IMG/VR virus record: IMGVR_UViG_2537562195_000009
Origin: a virus
Lineage: Duplodnaviria > Heunggongvirae > Uroviricota > Caudoviricetes
Reading direction: 5' to 3' (one strand)
DNA: 42,015 bases
Of the stretch, positions 1-8,337 are shown in pieces. A program made the position numbers and the translations under genes. Positions within the stretch are counted from its first letter, which is position 1. The number at the start of each line of letters is the position of its first letter. The notes under the pieces were generated by a model. That model saw only the letters and a list, made by a program, of their open reading frames with translations, had not been told where the DNA came from and did not search any database.

Positions 1-275
1 ATGGCATATAACAAATTATTTACGAGAGTCGATGAAATAAAATGTGATAAAAGTACGATACTAGGCTTTCACCAAGGGAATGGTTTACTGATGAAACAGT
101 AAATCTATAAAAATATTGTTTTTATACTCTACATTGATTCGGCATTAACTCTGCAATTTGTGGGGTAATTAATGTCAATTATGAAAAAAACATCCAATCA
201 TTATACTAAGTAGACTTATTAATTACATTGTGTGCTTTTTACATGCGTAACTAATATTTGCTCATTCCCACAATT

Positions 276-1403
276 TTAACATGTTATCTTCATCCAGTTT
301 TTCCCACGATCATCATCATAACGATCAGTTTGCTGTTGTGTTTTATGCCCAAGTAGCTTCCTAGTATCTATCCCTTGTTCTTTGTACAGGCGTTCAGATA
401 AAGACCTTTGCTCATGGAATGTGGCAGGTGAGCCATCCCCCCAGTCAATCCCTGCTAAATCCCGTGCTTTACTAAAATTCATCGTCAATGTATTGGATTT
501 AACCTGTGCACCACGTTTTGCCTGTGAGGTTGAACGGAAAAAATGCACTAAGTATGGACTGACTGCATAATCACGGCAGCGGACTACTACATCGCGTAAA
601 CTCCAGCTAATCGCGTTGAGACGAAGGGAAAGCGGGATTGCGATTTTGCTCCCGGTCTTTTCCTGAATAACATGGAGATGATCATCCCAAATATCACTAA
701 ATTTCATACGCGAGATATCACCTAACCTCTGGCCAGTAACCAGTGCTAACAGCATGGCATTCCCCATATAACGATGACTGGCATCTGCGATATCAAAAAT
801 TTTTTGCCATTCTTCAAGACTTAACCGTTGTCGGGTAATTTTTCTTCTGGGTTGCTTCGTTGCAAGAGCAGGGTTATACCCTGGTGGAACTTCGCCGTAA
901 TGCTGTGCTTCTTTAAACACATCGATCAATACAGACCTTACGACCTGGGCCATTCTAGGCTGTCCAGCAGAGATATACTCATCAAGTAATTGTGCTATAT
1001 CTCTGACATCAACGGCTGATATCAACTTCAGTCCTGCTCGTTCCCTGAGCAAGGATACTGGTTTGGCTTTCTGTTTATAAGTGTTGAGCTTTATATCGCC
1101 ACTTTTCAGTCTGTCTTCCTGGATTGCTTGATAGCGATCTAACCAGGTTGACGTTGTGATTGCTTTTCCTTTGCTGGTTGCGATCCTGTCACTGATAGCT
1201 AGAATCTGCCGGGTTCTTTGCTCAGCTAGGCGTGTATTGGCCTCAGTGGCAATAGCAATGGCTTCAGCTTCGTTTGTGCCCAAAGAATGAAACTTCCCGG
1301 TCACTGGATGCTTATATCGCCAATAAACTTTATTTACTTTTCTGCTATAGAGCGGATACAAGTTCGGGACTGAAACATTATTCTTACGTGGTCTGGCTGC
1401 CAT
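276..1403 (-). CDS. int: phage tyrosine integrase (lambda Int family)
   Basis: 375-aa ORF; C-terminal region (HEQRSLSERLY...LLGHKTQQQTDRYDDDRG) resembles the lambda Int catalytic C-terminus; overlapped by an excisionase ORF; AAGGA about 9 nt upstream of ATG. Confidence 0.9.
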   Translation of the reverse strand: MAARPRKNNVSVPNLYPLYSRKVNKVYWRYKHPVTGKFHSLGTNEAEAIAIATEANTRLAEQRTRQILAISDRIATSKGKAITTSTWLDRYQAIQEDRLKSGDIKLNTYKQKAKPVSLLRERAGLKLISAVDVRDIAQLLDEYISAGQPRMAQVVRSVLIDVFKEAQHYGEVPPGYNPALATKQPRRKITRQRLSLEEWQKIFDIADASHRYMGNAMLLALVTGQRLGDISRMKFSDIWDDHLHVIQEKTGSKIAIPLSLRLNAISWSLRDVVVRCRDYAVSPYLVHFFRSTSQAKRGAQVKSNTLTMNFSKARDLAGIDWGDGSPATFHEQRSLSERLYKEQGIDTRKLLGHKTQQQTDRYDDDRGKNWMKITC

Positions 1404-1629
1404 TACTTAAAATCCTTTGTAGAATAATAGAATCACTTTTCTTAATGACAGGAGTAACTAATTCTCCAACTAACTCTGCGTCCTCACGTACTCGCCATAG
1501 TCGACCTTGTTTCATTGCCGGTGGACAAAATAAATTCTGCTTAGCATAACGACGCAATGTGGACACACTTGGAGGGTTACTCCTAAATTTTTCCGCAGCC
1601 CATTCCTCAAGTGTCAGCATTTGAAGCAT
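1384..1629 (-). CDS. xis: excisionase (lambda Xis-like)
   Basis: 81-aa ORF overlapping int by 20 nt; LTLEEW...RR...PP..K.GR pattern like lambda Xis (YLTLQEW...RRW...PPP.KDGR); GAGG upstream. Confidence 0.8.
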   Translation of the reverse strand: MLQMLTLEEWAAEKFRSNPPSVSTLRRYAKQNLFCPPAMKQGRLWRVREDAELVGELVTPVIKKSDSIILQRILSNGSQTT

Positions 1630-1683
1630 TTTGATAACCTCATTTCTTTTGCTACAAAACTATTTCACTAGTTAATTTCGCAG

Positions 1684-2220
1684 TTAGGATTGCTTATGCA
1701 TCTTATGCAGCTCTTTAAAACGTTCCATAAACATCCCGTAGGCATGGCCCGGTGCCAGTGGAATCACGTTGAACATCTCTGTTGCCTGGATACCTTCCAG
1801 TACAGGCCAGAAAGAGCCATCATCAAGCCCGAGATCGCGGCGTTCGGTTGCCAGCATGATGAGATCGGCATATTTCACAGGCGTGCTTATAACCGGGGGT
1901 AACCCGTATTTCTCACGGATTATGGTGTCTATTTTTTCTTCCATCCGTTTATAGTCAGGAAGAAGGCGTTTCAGTGGTGCGGGGATGTCCTGGCAATACG
2001 CTTCTGTTGCATCATGCATTAACGCTTCAAAAGCAAATTCCTGCGGTACCAGCTGGCTGCAAAGCACCGCATGTTGGGCGACGCTGTAGAAGTGCGAAAG
2101 ATGACCGGCAAAGCGACAGATATTTGAAAGGGAAACCGCGATATCGTTAATATCGATGTCGTCTTTATTTATCCTGTCATAATAAAAATGCTTCCCAGAA
2201 AAAGTTTTAATAAATGACAT
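1684..2220 (-). CDS. yfdR: HD-domain phosphohydrolase/nucleotidase (YfdR-like, CPS-53 type)
   Basis: Start taken at internal ATG (MSFIKTFSG) preceded by GAGGAG; 178 aa; H...HD metal-binding signature (LSHFYSVAQHA ... LMHDATEAY). Confidence 0.7.
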   Translation of the reverse strand: MSFIKTFSGKHFYYDRINKDDIDINDIAVSLSNICRFAGHLSHFYSVAQHAVLCSQLVPQEFAFEALMHDATEAYCQDIPAPLKRLLPDYKRMEEKIDTIIREKYGLPPVISTPVKYADLIMLATERRDLGLDDGSFWPVLEGIQATEMFNVIPLAPGHAYGMFMERFKELHKMHKQS

Positions 2221-2348
2221 TTTGTTCTCCTCGTTATATGCGCTGCACCGCGCTGAATTTGGGTTAAAGAAAACCCTCGCCATCAGGCGATTATTGAGTC
2301 AATTACGTTTCCATAAATGCCCCCGCAGGGGCATTTGCAGTAATGAAA

Positions 2349-3173
2349 TCAGGCGGTGAAAGTACCAATAAAGGTTTCTACTTTGCTGTCCTTGAATTTC
2401 TCAACAAGCAGATCACGAAATTCGTTAGCCATTTCTTCCTGCACTGCTTCCAGCTGAATAATGCGCAGAACCAGTACAGGACGATCGCCAGTGATAATGC
2501 TGAGGCGTAATTTAAATGGACGTTCTTTCAGGCCTTCAAACGGAACGCATTTAAATTCAAATGCCACTGGCATAATGTCTTTGGTCTTCGCTTCGACAGA
2601 CTCCATCAGGGAGCGTTTGCCGCTGAAGTCATTATCTTCAAAATCAGCGGTCTGGTTTGCTTCAATCGTGATTTTACGGACAGCCGCAGCCGCTTTTGTT
2701 GCCTGAATAGCGTCACCATTAGCATCAAAGCCCACAAGGTAGTCGGCCCAGTCTTCAATCCATTCTGCCAGTGACTTCTGGGAATTACGCTCGCCATTAA
2801 CAGACAACAGAGCAGAGAACGGTGCTGTCTTTTTCAGTTTGAGAGTGGCGGTGTTATCTGCGTGACCTGGCTCATCAATAGTACCCAGGTTAAGCACACT
2901 GACGGCACGCATATTATCGGCATCGATAAAGCAGCGGGTGCCTTCATCTGCAAGATCTTTAGAATAACGGGTAAAGTCATCGATGCTGGCAGTGGAAAGC
3001 GCACCACGGAAACGGAAACGATTTAAATTAAATTTTTCCAGATCATGAATGCGGAAATTCTCAGGCAATGCCACAGCATCGGCACCAATCTTACTGATAA
3101 TTTCATTAACACCCTGAGCAGAAATAAGGGCATGGATTTGATTAATTGCGGTTGCGTCTAAGTTCTGAGACAT
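2349..3173 (-). CDS. YfdQ-like phage protein (DUF2303-type), function unknown
   Basis: 274-aa ORF, same strand and operon as the HD protein; recalled similarity to CPS-53 YfdQ (length match). Confidence 0.6.
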   Translation of the reverse strand: MSQNLDATAINQIHALISAQGVNEIISKIGADAVALPENFRIHDLEKFNLNRFRFRGALSTASIDDFTRYSKDLADEGTRCFIDADNMRAVSVLNLGTIDEPGHADNTATLKLKKTAPFSALLSVNGERNSQKSLAEWIEDWADYLVGFDANGDAIQATKAAAAVRKITIEANQTADFEDNDFSGKRSLMESVEAKTKDIMPVAFEFKCVPFEGLKERPFKLRLSIITGDRPVLVLRIIQLEAVQEEMANEFRDLLVEKFKDSKVETFIGTFTA

Positions 3174-3238
3174 AATAAGTCCTCACTATATAAAGATATT
3201 CAGTGATGAGATAAATAATCAGTTTATTAAGAACGATA

Positions 3239-3601
3239 TTAACGACCTGCTGCGCGGAGTTTTCCGTCAGGTTCACCGGCAAGAGTCAGTAATTGTCCCT
3301 GGTCTTCCTGCAGAATAGTCAGGCGACCACCGCGATTGACATACATCGGCGTTTCGGTGGTGTCTTCTTCGGAAATTTTCCCGCGGTTAGTCGGGCGGAC
3401 ATATGAGAGTTTGTGTTTGATTTTCACACGGTTCTCATCAAACGGTTCGATTTCCAGATTGAGTGAGACCTTCCCTTTGGTTTTCGTGTTCATCACACCG
3501 GAAGCGACTTCACTGAGAACTGCGCCGATTTTGGTTTCAAATACGCCGCCGTCCAGCTCCCCGATAAATGCCTGCACATCAGTACTGCGTTCGCTAGCCA
3601 T
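3239..3601 (-). CDS. hypothetical early protein (YfdP-like)
   Basis: Longer ORF 3239..3919 trimmed to third ATG (MASERSTDV...) which has a GAGGAG RBS; 120 aa. Confidence 0.5.
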   Translation of the reverse strand: MASERSTDVQAFIGELDGGVFETKIGAVLSEVASGVMNTKTKGKVSLNLEIEPFDENRVKIKHKLSYVRPTNRGKISEEDTTETPMYVNRGGRLTILQEDQGQLLTLAGEPDGKLRAAGR

Positions 3602-4038
3602 TTTGCTGCTCCTCATCATATCGACCCTGCAAGGTCGGTTGGTTTCTCCACAAAACAGAGAAGAACACCTGCGGTGGCAGCCGCCCGGATGGATTGGGTT
3701 ATGAGCCCGTCGTCCGGTGATGCTCTTCTCTGTTTTGTAAAAAGAGCGGTACCAGCCGGAAGCAAGGGTACAAACTGGTACAGCCAGGACTACACACAGC
3801 ATAAAGTTGTGGTGCCGGGTGCCTCCCGGTGCCTGGCGAAGGTTGCACACCAGGCGGGTGGGTATCCACAGAAGGTCGACTGTCAGCCTCAACCTTAACC
3901 CGCGTGCGCTGAGCCGCATTCACCACAACGCTAAGGATTCTCTCTGGTTGAAAATACTTAGCTGTTATGTGCCTGTCTTTTCACCACTTCAGGCTCGGTG
4001 GTATCCTTTTAAGCCCGTATACATAAAAGGAAAATCAA

Positions 4039-4284
4039 ATGACTTTTGATGAAAAAGAACTTGATAATGCAATTAATAAAATCATCGTAACGTCGCTCTT
4101 TTCCTGTCTCAGCGACACTCAGCAGAAACAGTTCTACGAATCGGCTTTCAACATGATCGAGCGTTGTTGTTTCTGCGATGCCGACGAGTTACCTGAAAAA
4201 ATCAGGAAACAGTTGGCTGATGCTCTTCGAGTGCGACTTTCTGACCAATTTTCTGAAATGTACTCTCCGAATTTGGACAAATAG
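4039..4284 (+). CDS. hypothetical protein (81 aa), opposite strand to the early-left operon
   Basis: ORF with AAGGAAAA upstream of ATG; acidic, helical-looking product; overlaps 3' end of the convergent ORF 4202..4477. Confidence 0.4.
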   Translation: MTFDEKELDNAINKIIVTSLFSCLSDTQQKQFYESAFNMIERCCFCDADELPEKIRKQLADALRVRLSDQFSEMYSPNLDK

Positions 4285-4477
4285 AAAAAGGCCATTTCCA
4301 TTCAGGGTCTGATGGAAAGACTTCAGCCTGTTCCAAAGCACGGCGTAAAGAGAATACAACTCCAGCCATAATCTGATGTTTCCCATTGGTCCAGCTATCG
4401 CCGCTCTGATCTACAGGAGCGGCTATGTCGTATGACCAAACGACTTCATCACTATTGTTTAAAATCTGGACTTTCAT
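4202..4477 (-). CDS. hypothetical protein (91 aa)
   Basis: ORF with GGAGG upstream; in line with the leftward early operon. Confidence 0.4.
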   Translation of the reverse strand: MKVQILNNSDEVVWSYDIAAPVDQSGDSWTNGKHQIMAGVVFSLRRALEQAEVFPSDPEWKWPFSICPNSESTFQKIGQKVALEEHQPTVS

Positions 4478-4485
4478 TTTGTTCT

Positions 4486-4689
4486 TTAACCTCCAGATTT
4501 CCGCGCATCTAAAGGCGCATTCTCATTTGGTGTGAACCGAATAGTTGTGCTGCTATTGATTAATGCCCCGACACACAAGACTACGCACTCAGAGCAGATA
4601 GCAACTTCATCTTTTCCGCCTTTGGCGATGATTTTTTTTGCCTGCAGCTCGTTTGCGCCACAAAACGAGCATGTGAAATAACGGTTCAT
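4486..4689 (-). CDS. ClpX N-terminal zinc-binding-domain-like small protein
   Basis: MNRYFTCSFCGANELQAKKIIAKGGKDEVAICSECVVLCV closely mirrors the ClpX zinc-binding domain (CSFCGK...KLIAG...YICDECVDLC); start chosen at second ATG with AGAGAG upstream. Confidence 0.65.
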   Translation of the reverse strand: MNRYFTCSFCGANELQAKKIIAKGGKDEVAICSECVVLCVGALINSSTTIRFTPNENAPLDARKSGG

Positions 4690-4874
4690 TTGCGCTCTCT
4701 TACACATAGTATTTAACGAATCATCCGGTCATTCATACGCCACCGGCGGCTACTTCGTGGGCGTCCTGCCTGTTCGTTTTTGACATTTACTGACTGCTTA
4801 CGACACATGCACCGTGTTGCAACCAGATTTTGTTGTAATCCTGTAGTTGGTCTGGAACAAAAGATAAAATTAAA

Positions 4875-4911
4875 TTGCGAGATATGCAAGTGATATTTGC
4901 GAGATATGCAA
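4875..4911. promoter_or_regulatory. candidate OL operators: two copies of TTGCGAGATATGCAA spaced 22 bp
   Basis: Exact 15-bp direct repeat at 4875..4889 and 4897..4911 in the region between cI and the leftward early genes; TTGC..GCAA dyad ends. Confidence 0.5.
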
Positions 4912-4965
4912 ATTTATAGGTAATAAAAAGCCACCTTTCGGTGGCCGATGGATGGGATATTGAGG

Positions 4966-5658
4966 TTAATTATGTCTCTTAAGGGTTTGCGACTGACTGA
5001 TTAAGACCTTTCCAAAGACCATGAATCGGTGTTCGTTTTCGCTAGTAATTCCCCATTCACGGTAAATCTGGTTATCAGAAATCACCAGCAGTTTGTCAGG
5101 AATCATTTGAAGTCTTTTAACGTATATTTTGTCATCAAAACCAAAGACATATATACCATCACCATCAAACTGATTGATGCTGACATCAACGAAGATGAGA
5201 TCTCCGGGCTCAATGGTTGGACACATACTGTCCCCACGAACGTTGATAACTTTGATGTGATTGGCTGGTCGTCCGCCGAACATTGATACAGCATTATCAG
5301 TTCTGTATTCGATGGCATGAATCACATCAATGACATCACCGCCCTGGATAAGGCCATTTCCCGCACTGGCACTGATATCCAGCATTTCAATACGGAACAC
5401 ATCCTTCACCTGCGCAACATCCTCATTATTACTGTTTTTATATACAGTATTACTTTTGTGGGCAGAGGTAAAGAGATCAGCAATATCAACACCTAAGCTC
5501 CTGGCAATATTACTCAGTGTTTGTTCGGTAAATTGTTTTTGCTTACCCGTTTCTAAGCGCGAGATGTTCGCCGCATCTACTCCTATCGCTTCAGCGAGAT
5601 CGGCGATTTTCATGTTCTTCGCTTGGCGAAGTTGTCTGACTCGGTTTCCTATGTTCAT
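4966..5658 (-). CDS. cI: CI-type repressor (XRE HTH N-terminal plus S24 LexA-like peptidase C-terminal)
   Basis: 230 aa; N-terminal HTH (IADLAEAIGVDAANISRLETGK); C-terminal S24 fold with VRGDSMCPTIEPGDLIFVD and KIYVKRL; divergent from a cro-like gene. Confidence 0.85.
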   Translation of the reverse strand: MNIGNRVRQLRQAKNMKIADLAEAIGVDAANISRLETGKQKQFTEQTLSNIARSLGVDIADLFTSAHKSNTVYKNSNNEDVAQVKDVFRIEMLDISASAGNGLIQGGDVIDVIHAIEYRTDNAVSMFGGRPANHIKVINVRGDSMCPTIEPGDLIFVDVSINQFDGDGIYVFGFDDKIYVKRLQMIPDKLLVISDNQIYREWGITSENEHRFMVFGKVLISQSQTLKRHN

Positions 5659-5755
5659 GCGTTTATTACATTTCTTTATTGCGTGATAAGCAAATCAACT
5701 TGCGCAAAATAATTGCGTGAAATAACATGCATAACGCGCAATATTTGGAGGGCAT
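5659..5755. promoter_or_regulatory. candidate OR/PR/PRM divergent control region with operator-like motifs
   Basis: 97-bp gap between divergent cI and cro; contains TTGCGTGATAAGCAA (5679..5693) and related TTGCG...GCAA motifs resembling the OL repeat. Confidence 0.5.
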
Positions 5756-6016
5756 ATGCAATCACCATTACGAAATGTGCGTAAGGCGCATGGTTTCACT
5801 TTGCAGCATGTTGCTGCGGGTGTTCAAGTCAATCCAGCGACGTTGAGTCGTATTGAGAGGCTGGAGCAGATTCCATCTATCGAGCTTGCAGAACGTTTAG
5901 CCAATTTTTTTAAGGGTGAAGTCAGCGAAATGCAGATTCTTTATCCGGCACGTTTTCAATCTAGCCAAAACCAGAATGGGTTTAAACCACAGGAACAGGA
6001 GGTGAACCGTGGGTAA
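5756..6016 (+). CDS. cro: Cro-like HTH regulator
   Basis: 86 aa, GGAGG RBS, HTH (FTLQHVAAGVQVNPATLSRIER), divergent from cI. Confidence 0.75.
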   Translation: MQSPLRNVRKAHGFTLQHVAAGVQVNPATLSRIERLEQIPSIELAERLANFFKGEVSEMQILYPARFQSSQNQNGFKPQEQEVNRG

Positions 6017-6560
6017 GCATCACTGGAAAGTAGAAAAACAGCCTGAGTGGTACGTGAAAGCTGTCAGAAAAACTATCGCAGCGTTGCCGGGGGGGTACGC
6101 TGAAGCTGCTGACTGGCTGGATGTAACAGAGAACGCATTATTTAACCGCCTTCGTGCCGATGGCGATCAGATTTTCCCGCTGGGATGGGCAATGATTTTG
6201 CAACGTGCTGGTGGAACTCACTTCATTGCTGACGCTGTGGCGCAGTCTGCAAATGGCGTCTTTGTGTCTCTTCCTGATGTCGAGGATGTGGACAACGCCG
6301 ATATCAACCAACGCCTGCTGGAGGTCATTGAACAGATCGGCAGTTATTCAAAACAGATTCGTTCAGCAATTGAAGACGGTGTAGTGGAACCGCATGAGAA
6401 GACAGCAATTAACGATGAGCTGTACCTCTCAATTTCGAAGCTGCAGGAGCATGCAGCACTGGTCTACAAAATCTTTTGCGTTTCAGAAAGTAGTGACGCC
6501 CGCGAGTGTGCAGCTCCGGGCGCCGTGGCGTGTCGTGACTGTGGAGAAACTAACGCATGA
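6009..6560 (+). CDS. CII-like regulatory protein (CP76 family, YmfL-like)
   Basis: 183 aa, GTG start with AGGAGG RBS, directly after cro. Confidence 0.5.
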   Translation: MGKHHWKVEKQPEWYVKAVRKTIAALPGGYAEAADWLDVTENALFNRLRADGDQIFPLGWAMILQRAGGTHFIADAVAQSANGVFVSLPDVEDVDNADINQRLLEVIEQIGSYSKQIRSAIEDGVVEPHEKTAINDELYLSISKLQEHAALVYKIFCVSESSDARECAAPGAVACRDCGETNA

Positions 6561-6895
6561 ACAGTTTAACAACACACTACCGTCGCTCGCAACTGATTGC
6601 GCTTCCTGTACCGGGTGGAAAAGCGAAGGTGGAGTATTGCTATGCAGTAAATGTACCAGGTGACAGGGAAATTGTAACCCACAGCTTTGCAGAGTGGGCT
6701 GTGGGTGATTTCAACCGGCAGAAGGAGACAGTCCTTTGCGACAAGTTAACCGCTGGTTCAAAGATCACTACGGAGTGCCCGTCAGAGTCATTCGTTGGGA
6801 GCCGGAAACACAACGGGTTATCTACCTCCGTGAAGGCTATGAGCATGAGTGCTTCAGCCCGCTCGAACAGTTTCGTCGTAAATTCAGGGAAATAG
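6557..6895 (+). CDS. YmfM-like protein (112 aa)
   Basis: ATGA overlap with upstream gene; length and position match e14 ymfM as recalled; 3' part also has a protein-like alternative frame (see findings). Confidence 0.45.
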   Translation: MNSLTTHYRRSQLIALPVPGGKAKVEYCYAVNVPGDREIVTHSFAEWAVGDFNRQKETVLCDKLTAGSKITTECPSESFVGSRKHNGLSTSVKAMSMSASARSNSFVVNSGK

Positions 6896-6904
6896 AGGTC
6901 GGTC

Positions 6905-7846
6905 ATGAGCACTAAATTAACCGGCTATGTATGGGATGGTTGCGCTGCGTCAGGCATGAAATTATCCAGCGTGGCAATTATGGCCCGCCTGGCTGATTTC
7001 AGTAATGACGAAGGTGTGTGCTGGCCATCAATTGAAACCATTGCCCGTCAGATTGGCTCGGGGATGAGTACCGTCAGAACGGCTATCGCACGGCTGGAAG
7101 CAGAAGGCTGGTTAACGCGTAAGGCGCGTCGCCAGGGTAACCGCAATGCGTCGAATGTTTATCAGCTTAACGTTGCGAAGCTTCAGGCAGCGGCATTTTC
7201 TCAACTGTCAGATTCTGACCCGTCAAAATCTGACGCATCAAAATCTGACCCGTCAAAATTTGATGCGTCGAAATCTGGCAAAAAAGCGGGTTTTCACCCG
7301 TCAGAATCTGGCGGGGATCCGTCAGTAAAATCAAAACATGATCCGTCAGATAAAAAAACTTCTCGTCCGGACGCTTCGCAACCGGACACGCAGACGGCTG
7401 AACAGGAGTTTTTAACTCGCCATCCTGATGCGGTTGTATTCAGCCCTAAAAAGCGCCAGTGGGGAACGCAGGATGATTTGACCTGCGCACAGTGGCTCTG
7501 GAAAAAAATCATCGCCCTGTACGAGCAGGCCGCCGAATGTGACGGCGAGGTGGTTCGTCCCAAAGAACCGAACTGGACAGCCTGGGCAAACGAAATTCGC
7601 CTGATGTGTGTGCAGGATGGTCGTACTCATAAACAAATCTGCGAGATGTACAGCCGCGTCAGCCGCGATCCGTTCTGGTGCCGTAACGTGCTCAGCCCGT
7701 CGAAGCTGCGGGAAAAATGGGATGAGCTTTCCCTGCGCTTATCGCCGTCCGTCAGCACGTACACCGAAAAACGCGAAGACCCGTACTTCAAATCCAGTTA
7801 CGACAATGTGGACTACAGCCAGATCCCGGCAGGATTCAGGGGGTGA
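6905..7846 (+). CDS. replication initiator (lambda O-like) with internal origin repeats
   Basis: 313 aa; N-terminal HTH-like region (SIETIARQIGSGMSTVRTAIARLEAEGWL); central SK(S/F)D(P/A) peptide repeats encoded by DNA iterons; GAGGT RBS. Confidence 0.7.
   Translation: MSTKLTGYVWDGCAASGMKLSSVAIMARLADFSNDEGVCWPSIETIARQIGSGMSTVRTAIARLEAEGWLTRKARRQGNRNASNVYQLNVAKLQAAAFSQLSDSDPSKSDASKSDPSKFDASKSGKKAGFHPSESGGDPSVKSKHDPSDKKTSRPDASQPDTQTAEQEFLTRHPDAVVFSPKKRQWGTQDDLTCAQWLWKKIIALYEQAAECDGEVVRPKEPNWTAWANEIRLMCVQDGRTHKQICEMYSRVSRDPFWCRNVLSPSKLREKWDELSLRLSPSVSTYTEKREDPYFKSSYDNVDYSQIPAGFRG
7214..7273. repeat. iteron array (4 x 15 bp, with degenerate copies to about 7350), candidate replication origin
   Basis: tctgacccgtcaaaa / tctgacgcatcaaaa / tctgacccgtcaaaa / tttgatgcgtcgaaa in tandem inside the O-like gene, then further CCGTCAGA-containing copies and an A-rich stretch. 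Confidence 0.6.
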
Positions 7847-7848
7847 TC

Positions 7849-8337
7849 ATGAGTCTTTTGAATGACGTTCAGAAATTCATTGAAGCCCATCCGGGGTGTA
7901 CTTCCGGAGACATTGCGGATGCTTTTGCAGGTTACTCACGACAGCGCGTTCTGCAGTCAGCAAGCAAGTTACGTCAGAGTGGGCGTGTGGCTCACCGTTG
8001 TGAAGGGGATACACGCAGACATTTCCCGCGGCTGACTGAGATACCGCAGGAGCCGGAACCGCAACCAGTTCGTGAATCCAGACCTGTGCGCAATTTCTAT
8101 GTCGGCACTAACGATCCCCGGGTGATTTTGTGCCTGACCTGCCAGGCGGAAGAACTGGAGTCCAGGGGCTTATACCGTCGTGCTGCAACGGTGTGGATGG
8201 CGGCATTCCGTGAAAGCCACTCCCAGCCAGAACGAAATAATTTTCTGGCGCGTCGTGAACGGTGTTTACGGAAAAGCAGCAAGCGGGCTGCATCAGGTGA
8301 AGAGTGGTATCTGTCAGGGAATTACGTGGGGGCTTAA
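7849..8337 (+). CDS. hypothetical protein (YfdN-like)
   Basis: ORF after the O-like gene; start at ATG 7849 after AGGGGG; no domain recognised. Confidence 0.45.
   Translation: MSLLNDVQKFIEAHPGCTSGDIADAFAGYSRQRVLQSASKLRQSGRVAHRCEGDTRRHFPRLTEIPQEPEPQPVRESRPVRNFYVGTNDPRVILCLTCQAEELESRGLYRRAATVWMAAFRESHSQPERNNFLARRERCLRKSSKRAASGEEWYLSGNYVGA

Noticed and set aside
1-102. 33-codon ORF starting at the first base of the window
   Set aside because: Upstream context is outside the window, the product is short and AT-rich with no motif, so it cannot be supported.
3674-4049. Three overlapping track ORFs (3674..3898, 3699..3926, 3807..4049) in the GC-rich early-left gap
   Set aside because: No ribosome-binding sites, mutually overlapping frames and arginine/proline-rich translations typical of GC-rich noncoding DNA; treated as a noncoding structured region.
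7214-7350. Short tandem repeats considered as a possible CRISPR array
   Set aside because: Units are 15 bp with no spacers, lie inside a coding sequence and encode a peptide repeat; no cas genes; interpreted as origin iterons.
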